From the NCBI RefSeq assembly GCF_016432865.1, contig NC_067398.1, positions 930,001-994,000 on the forward strand: a stretch of DNA of 64,000 nucleotides, given 5' to 3'. Below the pieces are notes generated by a model, which was not told where the DNA came from, made no database searches, and saw only the letters and a list, made by a program, of their open reading frames with translations. Of this stretch, positions 24,566 to 35,000 are shown one piece after another. Position numbers and translations under genes: made by a program. The stretch's first letter is position 1, and the number at the start of each line of letters is the position of its first letter. The DNA is from Antechinus flavipes (Eukaryota).

Positions 24566-27500
24566 GCAAACAACACTACCCCCCTCCTCCTTCCACCCTC
24601 CCCCGCACATTCTCCACTCTGCCTCCTCCCTAACTGGGGCAGGAGACAGGATAGGAAGTCCTGCACGGGCTGCGCCGTGTCACCCATGACAATGGGCAGA
24701 AGCCCTCCCCAGGCCCCAGGGTGCTCCCAGACCCTCCCCCTCTCCATCTGAAGGACAGATGGGGGCCCAATCTGCCCACGAGGTGAGATGCAGGCCCTCT
24801 GGACTATTTCGGCCGGAGGGCTCCGAGCAGAAAGGTCGCCCACGCCATTCGGCTCCTGTGCCACATAAATAACCAGGCAAATGTGGGGTCAAGCAGGAAG
24901 GGCGGCTGAGCTTGTCCAGCTGCCCGAGCCCAATGTGATTAGCCAGAGACGCAACCTGTGTGTCCACTTCCCGCTCCTCGACAAATTGGCCCTCAATTAG
25001 GGCTCTGATTCCCCTGATAGATCTTAGTGATTGAGTGTATTGAAGCCCCTGCTGGGTGCTCCCGGCAGCTTGCAGCCCCCCAGGGGCAGCTGAATCCCTC
25101 ATCTTTGTTCCCCCAGGAGCCCCCTGTGCTTGGGTACTCATGTCTCGCTGGGCAAGGGGCCAGCTGGGGCCGGGGGGGGGGCGGTGGTCAGGGTGTCACA
25201 GGTGGTCAGGGAATGCTGCTGGCTTGGGGAGGGGGATGGCCAGTACAAGCGGTCAGCTCTTCAGGCAGACAAGGGTCAGCAGCAAGGAGAGGCAGACTGG
25301 GCTAGAGAGCCAGAGGAGGCTGAAGAGAAGTGCATTCAATTAGGTCCAGGACAAGATGGAGGGGGATGAGAAGGCCAGGGTAATGAGGGCTCCCATCAGA
25401 CCAGGAGGTCTCTCAGGGTGGAATCCAGGCTGGCATCTGCCAGGCCCTCTGAAAGCATCTTGGCCAAAGGGCACTGTGCCCATGACCCCCTGGACAGGCG
25501 GGAGCTGGAGGCCAGCCCATGGATTTGTGCAAATGTGGATGAAGACGTGATGGCCCCCAGCCCCCTGGGCCCCCTGCTGGCTGCTGGAGCTGGCCAAAAT
25601 CTTCCCAGGGATATGTCTAATGGGGAGGGGGTCCCAAGGGCGGCTGCAGGCCCTTCTGCGTAGCTGGGCCTCCCATGGGCTGCCTTCTGCAGATGTTGTG
25701 AGGTCCTCCTCCCTGCCAAGGGAGACACGAGGCCCCTGGGTTGGCCCTCAGAGTGGGGCCGGGACAGACCATCCCCTGGACCACGTGGGCACAGGTCGGG
25801 CCTTGTGGTCACCATAGGCCTCCATCAGGCTCGTGGAAGCCTTTCCCTGGGGCCTGGCCCTGCCCTTGAGCCTTATTCTTTCTCAGTTATTCAGGGGTTC
25901 ACTTAAGCTGCAGAGACTGGAACTGGCCAGGAATGGCCCCGTCTGCAGAGGAGGATGCAGGGGTTGGGGGCGGGGGGTGCAGAGGCTTGTTACCCAGAGT
26001 CCCCCATGAGGGTGAGTGACCAGGATGGACGGGGCCAATGGGCAAGAGCCGTTCCCAGCCAGGCGCAAGACAGCGCTGCCCTCTAGGGCAGTCTGGTGCA
26101 TGTCGGTGGCCTGGAGGGCCGGGCTCAATGGGAAGCGCCAGAGCCTCTCCTAGCCGCTGGGCATGGGTGCCCTCCTAGGGGGGGCAGAAGCCGCCAGAGG
26201 GAGATCCACCCCAGTGTCCCGAGGGGAGGGGCAGCCAGCTGGGGGCCAAGCCCTTGAGTCGGGTGGGGGGGGCGATTCCCACCTTCCCCCTTCTCGGTCA
26301 CATCAGCGAGCCGGTCCCCAGGCCCAGCCAGACCCGGGCAGACAGATAGAGGCTCCAGGCTGTAATGTCCTTCCATAGGACTGGTGCAGATTGAACAGGG
26401 TCCTGGCCCAGAAGGGAGGGGCCCACCCGATACCCAGCACCCATGGGTATAAGACACTGGGCTGAAGGTACGTCCCAGCCTGGCACAATGGAGTGGGCCA
26501 GTGTCCTCGTCCCCCTTCCCCCTGCCCCGGGCATTCTCATCTGCTGGGGGAAGCGGAGGAGCCCTTGGCAGAGCCCCGCTGGCTCAGGGTCACTCAGGCA
26601 TCTCTCCGTGGCACTGCCAGGACCCCCAAGGCTTGCCTCCTGGGCCCTGGCTCCCATGATGTCCCTGGCTTGGGTGGTACCCTTTCTGTTACCCTGATCA
26701 AAAAGGCAAATGAGAAGGGCGGGCAGGTGTGGAGAGAGCAGGGTTTCCCTCGGGCCTCCCAGGGAGCCGGGCTCCCAGCATCTCCCCCAGCCCCAGCCCG
26801 GCCCCGACAAGCTGGGCACTGCCTGGGAGCTTGCTGGGAAGGGCCCGGGGCTGGGAACCCATCTGTGCCACGGCACCTCCCTGTTCTGCCTTAATTGCTG
26901 GCACTCGTGGCCGCCAGTTTCTCTCCGTCCCAAATGTGATTATGAGTGCTCATCCTCCTCCCAGCATCCTCCGAGGGCTCGGGCCGCGGGTCCGGGAAGC
27001 CGGAGACCGTCCGGCCGTCGATCCGGCCATCTGTACCTGGGCCCTGTGGTCGTACTTCTGGAGGGGCCCCTGCCTTCACTGGGGGGGAAGCGGAGGGGGG
27101 TCTGGGGCCGGTCACTGGGCCGAGCTCTTTTGGATCTGGAGCCCAGATGGGAGATGCTGCTGCCCACTCCCTCGCCCGCTTGCCTTGCCACCGTGGCTCC
27201 GGAGAAGTCCCTCTCACGTGTGGAGGGCAGCTGAGCCAACCTGTAACTTCGTGATCCACCTGGTGCCACCCGTGGGCCAGAGGTAGGCAAGGGAGAACAG
27301 CGGCCGGGGTGGGGAGTAGTCATCTCTGTGGGGGAGCAATGGCCCCTGGGGGGACCAGCAGCCCATAGGAGAGGAGTGGCCCATGGCGGGGAGCAGTAGC
27401 CTGTGGGGGGGCAATGGTCCCTGTGGGGGAGCAGCGGCCTGTGGGGGGCAGTGGCCTGAGGAAGCCAGGCCGGCCTTCATGGGCAGCTCCTGCAGTCCAG

Positions 27501-27829
27501 CTGGGGCCGGTCTCCTCCGGGAAGGTGGGAGGGGTGGGGTGGGCCCCGGTCCTGGGGATGGGGCCTCCTGGCCTGCAGAGTGATGAAGAAGGGAGGGAGA
27601 AGAGAAGCTGGCAAGGACCAGAGGGGCGCCCGGCCGCACCCTCATTGCCCCAAAGGTAGACGGCCGCGAAGAGGGAGAGCCAGGGACAGGAAGGCAGCAG
27701 GAGCAGGGCTGCAGCCTCTGGCTGGCTAACTGTGGGCCGGCCCCAGCCTCGGTTGCTCCTGGGGCAAAATTGTCCACCTTTCTAGGATATATGGTCCCAG
27801 CAGGTGTGAACCTGGAAAACTTTAGTGTC

Positions 27830-28325
27830 TCTGGGGGCTGCTGCCGAGGGGGTCCGGGCCGCGTGTCTGGGGCAGCCGCCGAGGGGGTCCGGGCCGCGTG
27901 TCGGGGGCTGCTGCCGAGGGGGTCCGGGCCGCGTGTTGGGGGCATGTTGGAGGGGGTCCAGGCCACATGTCTGGGGCAGCCACCGAGGGGGTCCAGGCCA
28001 CATGTTGGGGGCTGCTGCCGAGGGGGTCCGGGCCACATGTTGGGGGCTGCTGCCGAGGGGGTCTGGGCCGCGCATTGGGGGCATGTCGGAGGGGGTCCAG
28101 GCTGTGTATTTGGGGCAGCTGCTGAGGGGATCTGGGCTGTGTGTTGGGGGCATGTTGGAGGGGGTCCAGGCTGCATGTTAGGGTCTGCTGCTGAGGGGGT
28201 CTGGGCCGCACATCAGGGACATGTCGGAGGGGATCCAGGCTGTGTGTGTGTCTGGGGCAGCCACCAAGGGGGTCCAGGCCACGTGTTGGGGGCTGCTGCC
28301 GAGGGGGTCCGGGCCGCGTGTCGGT
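27830..28325. repeat. Minisatellite, 34-35-bp unit GAGGGGGTCCGGGCCGCGTGTCTGGGGCAGCCGCC, diverged
   Basis: Visible tandem units with CpG-decay variants. Confidence 0.9.
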
Positions 28326-30975
28326 GGCAGCTCAGACCCCGGCTGACCTCGGGGTGCAGAAACGCTGGCCAGGGCTGGGGGGCCGGACCCTTTGGAGGAA
28401 CTGGGGGCAGACACGAGCAAGACGCTCTCTTGGCCTGGGCTGCTGTGGGCTCCCATGCCGGACCCCAGGGGCACGAGGGGACCTGCCCATGGGCCCTGGG
28501 ACATTTCCGAAGTGCGTCACACCGGGAGGAGTTTTAGGCCCCCTGACCCCTAGGTGGGCTGGGCGCCTCCTTGCTGCAGATCCAGAGCAAAGGCCGGACC
28601 ACACGGAGGACTGGCCCCGGGGTCCGCAGCTGCCCACTACGGAAGTCCGAGAGTCCATGAAGAGGGCCCTCTCCTTCAGAGCCTCGCATCTGGAGAGCCG
28701 GCTCTGGGGAGGAGTCTGGGAGCTCCCCAGGCTCTGGCAGTCTGGAAGCTGAGATAACAGCTCCTCATCCCTGGCCGTGTGCTCGGATGGTCGGGGGGAG
28801 GCTCAGAGCGCCCTAACCCCCCCACCTATGCCGGAGACTGCCGGGAAGCCCTTCTCCTCCGGGGGAGAGCCCCGTCTCCTCTGGCCCAAAGTCCCCAAGG
28901 CCTGCCCCGCCGGAGCCGTGTGACCGGTCACTACTGAGCCGCCTCGGCTTCCCCCTGGCCCCTGCCTGAAGACTCCTGCTCCGCACAGAGGGGGGGCACC
29001 TGGGGGCACAGACCCCCCCCTCTTCCAAATGTCGGCCTTTGAGGCACTGGAGCCCAAAAGGGACAGACCAGAGTTTCAGCAGGGCCCGGCCCGGTGTGTG
29101 GCCAGATCTCTGGGCCCAAGACTGCCCCAAGTGCAACAGCACCCCCAGCCACGCCCGGGAGGAGCCGGCTCCAGCAGCGCCCGCCTCGGGTCTCGCCACT
29201 TTGAGTGTTCTGCCGACCGTCCCTCATTCCCTGCGGCTGAGGAGGCCGAAGACGCTCTCGAGCGGTTTTTTGTCGGGTTCGGCTCCTGGTCAGCTGCAGC
29301 CCAGCTCGGGATCGCCAGGGAGAGGCGGGAGGCCGAGTGTGGGCCCAGGAGGCCCCGGCCCGCAGCTTCCGGGGCAAAGTGCCCTCATGATCTGGGTCCT
29401 GCTGCCCTGCATCTGAGCCAGCGCCCATTTGTCCCGTGCCCATTTGTCCCGGTGCCCATCTGTCCCAGGTGCCCGTCTGTCTTGGCACCCAATTGTCCTG
29501 GAGCCCATCTGTCCCGGTGTCTATCTGTCCCAGAGCCTTTCTGTCCCAGGCGCTCAGGGGCCAGACCCTCGCCAGCTGTGCCTGGTTCACATCTGCAGGG
29601 GATAAAGGCTTAGGGGGGGCTCTGAGTCAGGCTCACAGCCATGTGTCCCCCCGGCCTGCCTCCTGTGGGGGCTGGGGTCCCCGAGTCCTCCCAGCATGGC
29701 CCGGAAGCCCGCTGGGGGCCGCCTGGGGTGCCCAGGCCTCCAGGAGGCCAGATTGGCAGCGACATACACAGGAGTCCCTGCCAAGTTCCACCTGGAAAGA
29801 GCAGCCGTGAGGAGAAAGCACAGCTGCATCCCCCTCCCCCAGCCAGGCCGTGAGAAAGAACAGGGCCCCACCCACTGGGAGCCAAGGGCTGGAGCCCGGG
29901 GTGTCCGAGGGGAAACTGAGGCCGAGGGATCTGGGACCCGTTCTCAGCTCTCCATCGAGGCCCTGGGGGAGAAGATGACCCCACCACAGGGCTGCCCCCA
30001 AAAATCCTGAGGAGGAGGCTGCCTGACCCCACCCGGCCCCCAAAGCCTCCCTTCCATCCTGGGAGAAAAGCGCCGGGACCTCCGAGGTTTGTGGGGAGCT
30101 TGATGCATCTCCCTTTAATCCTCACACAGCCGGGCTAGGAGAGCACTGCAGCCGTGGAGAGCCCCATTTTACAGACGTAGAAACTGAGTCTTGGCACCTG
30201 CCTAGGCCATACATCCAGCCAGGGTCCCATCCCTGGGGTCAGTTCTCCCTGAAAGTCTGGCCCCCGTGACCAGCCCAGTGAGGGGACCCTGGGGCCTCCC
30301 TTTCCCCGCGGGCTCCGGAGGCGGGGGCTATGGGGCTCCCCGATGCCCGCCGCCCGGCGCAGCCCCTGGCCCGAGCTCGGTGCCGAGAACTGGATCCGAA
30401 TGCGTGGTTTGGGGCAAAATCTTGCTGCGCCCCTCCCCCAGCCGCTCAGCAGCCATCTGTGGGGGGCAGAGCCCCAGGGCCCTGCAGGGGAGCGGCCAGG
30501 CAGCTGCCCCCCCAACTCGGGCCCATGCACACTGCTGCCCCTGCCCGCCTGGGACTCTTTGTTTCGGGAGCAAAGAGCCCCACAGGGGCCGGAAAGAAGG
30601 GAGCCCTCCCCACCCAGCGCCACACACAGGCCCCCATCTCGGGGGGCATCCTCGCCCCACAAAGAGTGGGATGGCCCCGAGCCAGAGCCACCCCTGGCCA
30701 GGGAGAACGCACTCCATGTCACACAGGTTGGAAAACAGCCCCGGTGCGACAAATTCGGCCCAAAGCCAGTCCAAGAGGGCCTTTGTCGGAGCTGCGTTTC
30801 TGAGCTCCCGAACGGCGCGGACACCTACAGTCCCAGCCCTGCAGGACACCCCCCTATGGGGGAAGCTCCGTAGAGATGGCGCCGGCCGCTTGTGGGGGGC
30901 ACTCAGCCCCGAGATGGGGCGAGGGACGGTCTCCTGACTTAGGCACCGTTCTACTGAGCCCTGCCAGGCCGGAGA

Positions 30976-31335
30976 GGGAGGCCGGGACTGCGCGCAGGAC
31001 CCTCGGGAGGCCGGGACTGCGCGCGGGATGCCCTCGGGAGGCCGGGACTACGCGCGGGGGGCCCTCGGGAGGCCGGGACTGTGCGCGCGGGGCCCTCGGG
31101 AGGCCGGGACTGTGCGCGCGGGGCCCTCGGGAGGCCGGGACTGCGCGCGGGGCCCTCGGGAGGTCGGGACTGTGCGCGCGGGGCCCTCGGGAGGCCGGGA
31201 CTGCGCGCGGGGCCCTCGGGAGGCCGGGACTGCGCGCGGGGCCCTCGGGAGGCCGAGACTGTGCGCGCGGGGCCCTCGGGAGGCCGGGACTGCGCGCGGG
31301 GCCCTCGGGAGGCCGAGACTGTGTGCGAGGCCCTC
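30976..31335. repeat. CpG-rich VNTR, 29/31-bp unit GGGAGGCCGGGACT(GT)GCGCGCGGGGCCCTC, 12 copies
   Basis: Visible tandem units, about 5 CpG per unit. Confidence 0.95.
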
Positions 31336-32000
31336 CCTGCCCCAGGGGCCGGCCCGCCTTGCCCCCTCTCCCAAAAGTCAGCGCTGTTACCCCAGAGAAT
31401 GTCTGTGGGCAGAGACATTGGGGCCGTATCCAAAGCAGAAGGGGGTCTGAGGGGGACCCGCTGCCGTTCGCGCCCGGCCTGGCGCTGGTTTTGTGCAGAA
31501 GCTCTCCTCCCCGCCCGAAGCCGCCCGGCCCTTGGGCAGGGGCACAGCCTCCTTCCGGCCCCTCGAAGGGGGAGGCTGCCCTGGCCTCCCCGCCCTGTGA
31601 GGGCCGGGTAATGTCGGCAGGTGTCAGAGAGGCCTCCAGGGAGCCCGCTGAGGCGCCTCTGAAGCGGGGGAGGGGCAGAGCTTTCCAGAGCCGGCCAGGA
31701 GGGGGCGGCAGTCGCGGCTCTGGGATTTCCCAGAGCTGCCCAAGATGCTGATGCTGGGCAGGACCCAGCCACCTTCTGATGGGGGTGGGGGCCGCTACCT
31801 GCTCCCCCCTCCACCAAGAGCTTCCAGATATCGGCCTCCCGGACAACGGAGAGCTGGTCGGAGGGCGGCTCCCGGGGGTGGGGGGTGGGGCTGGGAGGCA
31901 GCCCTGGAGCGAGAGGCTGCCGGGTCCAAAAGAACAGAAGGGAAAGCTGGGGGGGTGCAGAGCCTTTGCTCATAGCTCCCCTGTCTCTTTGCCCTTCCAG

Positions 32001-32060
32001 GAGAATCAGGACCTTAGGAGACTCACCATGGAAAAGTTGTTGGGTGCTGTCCTTCTCACC
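32001..32060 (+). CDS. CALCR: CALCR first coding exon (27 nt UTR + [11 protein letters not shown]; CDS 32028-32060)
   Basis: Acceptor tgtctctttgcccttccAG at 31999-32000; strong Kozak ctcaccATGG; donor GTAAGT at 32061; phase 0 fits the next exon and completes a roughly 20-aa hydrophobic signal peptide. Confidence 0.85.
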
Positions 32061-35000
32061 GTAAGTGCAAAGGAAATGGGGGAGGGGTCCCAGCCCCACC
32101 TCTGCCCACCCCCCTCGTCAATTAACCCATGAGATCGTTGGCAAGGTGGCCAGGGTCTGCCCAAGACCCCCAAGTCAGACGGGAGGCAGCAGCCACTCAG
32201 GCCCACCCATCCCCGAGGGGAGCCCCCAGACTGGGCCGGGCAGGTGGTCTGCCAGAGGCTGCTTGGGGTTAGGGGGGAGGGCGCACCCTGCTGAGGCACC
32301 CCAGGGCGCATGCGGGCTTCTCTTAGTGATGTCCAGAAGGGCCTCCACACTTAGTGCCCGGAGTCCGGGCCTCTGGTCCAAGCGGGATGAATCATTCATG
32401 TGAATGAACTGACAAACAAACGAATGAAACAAATGGATGAATGAATGAATGAACGAACGAATGAACAAACGAGTGAATGAATGAATGAACAAATGAATGA
32501 ACCAATGAAGAAACAGATGAGTGAACGAAGAAAGAAACGAATGAAAAGTATATTAAATGCTATCACACAGTCTGGATACAAACATAAGCAGATGCGCGCC
32601 CCCGCCCTTGAGGAACTCACACTCCAATGTCGGGGAGACGGGACACACCCACAAAAAGTGTCGGGGAGCGTGGCGGGGACCGTTCAGGAAGGGGCCCGGA
32701 AGCCGGCCGCCTCCCCGTTATCTCTGGAAAGGTCAGAACCGAGCCCAGCAGGACGGAGTGTGGGCCCCCGAATGGCCGAGATACTTTGGGCCCCGCCCCC
32801 GGCTGAAGCCCAGTGAAGGCCGCCTCTTCTTTAGAGCTGCCCGGGATGCTTCTCGAGCTTACGCCGGCGACATTAACATTTCTATCCCAAGGCAAGAGTT
32901 TCCATTGGCTCCTGTGACCTTCTCAGACTCAGCCCCTCCTTTCAGGCGCGTCTGTCCATCCCGTCCATCCTTCCCTTCCACCAGCGAACAGTGGAGTTAC
33001 CCAAAAAGTCCTCAAGGAGCTCCCCGGCCAATGGGGAGAGACAAGGGGCAACTGGAGGGGAGGTCCTGGGGAAGGGGCGTGGCTCTGGGTCTTGAAAGGA
33101 GCCAGGAGACGATTAGGAGAGAGGGGCTGGGAAGGGGGTGGCGGAGGGAGGAGGAGGCGTGCGGAGGGAGAAAGGGGAGGGCCAGGGGAGGAGGACTGGA
33201 CGAAGGATTTTGTTGATGGGCGCCAACCAGAGGAAGGATGTGGTCAGATGGTCCTGTGGGAAGGTCCAGTTGGCCACTAACTAGAGGACGGGCTGGACCC
33301 ACCCGCAGCTCTGGCACTGGGCCAGGTGTGAGAGGAAGGGGCCGTGGGGCTCGGGGAGGGTTTGTTCTGAAGGGACCATTTCATGAGGAAGATGGCATCC
33401 TTTGACCGTGGTGGGAAAGGTGGGCAGAGAGGGTCTGGATTAAGGCCCCAGGAGGAGCCCTGTGGTTCTGGAGCCAGGCTCAGGGGCCCCTCTGGGGACT
33501 AGACCAGCCCCTTCCTTCTGGGGCCATGTGGTTCCAGGCTGGGCTCCCAGGTTCCTTCTGGACCAGAAACCTGGCCCCAGAAGGACTGGGCTAGCCTGGC
33601 CCCAGCATGCCTCGCTCCTCACCCCAGGACATTTCTCAGAAAGCTTCTCCCGGGCTTTCTGAGCCTTTTTCTTCCCAGACTCTCCTGGGCCAGTCCAGCT
33701 GCATTCAGGGAATGGGATTTTCCGGAGCGGGCACTGAGGTCATTTGACCCACTCCAGGCCCTCGCAGCCCTGCTCTTCCCACGCCCGCTGCCCAGCCGGA
33801 TGATTTAGTGCCCGCAGCAGTTGTCCTGGCCTGGGCAGAGCAGCCTGGCCCAGTGTGGCTCGGGCCGCTGGCCAGCGGGGCAAACACTTCCCACGGAGTC
33901 TCTTTGGAGATGACTGCAGTGAGCCCGCGCCCGAGTGCTGCGGCAGGGGTCGGGGAGACCCTGGGCTCTTACCCAAACAGACGCGGGAAAAAGGGCACCG
34001 ACCATTCTGCACTGAGTCGTGCCGGGCTTAGCCGAGGGACTGGGCTCAGCCCAACCACAGTCAGGTCCTAGACAGTCCGGCAGGCCCCGAGGGAAAATTC
34101 ACCAAAAGAGAATGGGCAAGTGTGGAGGGCGGCTGAAAGCAGCTCACCCACAGGCCAGCCTCCCCCCAGGGGGCGAGGCTCCCCACAAAGGGGTGAGGCT
34201 CCCCACAAGGGGATAAGGCTCCCTGAAAGGCCCTGTTTCTCAGCACTGTTTCCCAGGGGGGTCTCTGAGGAATTTTCAGCAAGGCAGACTTTGTGCACTT
34301 TTGACCCCCAAGATTTAGGCCCCTCGTCTGGGAGTTAAAGGAGTTGGCCGGCCTGCTCCAGGCGAGTCTGACTTGCTCTAAACATTGCTAAGAACTGAGA
34401 GAATTCCGTGACTCCCCAAGCACCACGAAGGACTTTGGGGGTCCGGGGGGCCACCTTCCTGCTGTTCTCGGCGCTTGGATTTAGCTTCCATTCCTTGCCC
34501 TTGGGGACACCCAGCCTGGAGCTCGCACCTGAGGACCTCAGGCTTGTGGGACGTGGCCCGGGCTAAGGCAGTGTCTGTGCCCAGTGGGCGAGTCGGGGGC
34601 TCCCCCCGGTCCACACCGTCAGCATTGTTGCAGTAATTTATGAATTTTAGCTGCCTTAGACCAAACGTTTTCCACGAGTCTGTTTGGTCGATGAGATCAC
34701 ATTGGTCTGATGTCCTTCTGTCACATCCTTCTGGGGCTTGAACAGACATAGGGACAATTGGGGGGGGCGCAGACGTGGGGGGGTGGGAGGCGGCAGGATT
34801 CCCGCCCCTGAGGCTCTCCCAGACTGGAGCACACCCCAGAAGGGCCCCTCCCCCCCCACTCTCTGGAGGAAGGTCCACCACACTGGCCAGAGGGGCCTGA
34901 AGCGAACTCCCCGAGGCTCCCCAGGGCCCGGTGCCCACCCTTCCAGCTCTGGGATTCTGGGAGCCCCTGACAGTCTCTGCATCCAGGAAAATATGGTTCT

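Noticed and set aside
28812-28820. Telomeric CCCTAACCC
   Set aside because: Single copy; not an interstitial telomeric array.
31779-32027. In-frame open stretch upstream of the CALCR ATG (N-terminal extension)
   Set aside because: No ATG, and it crosses a good acceptor at 32000, so it is most likely intronic.
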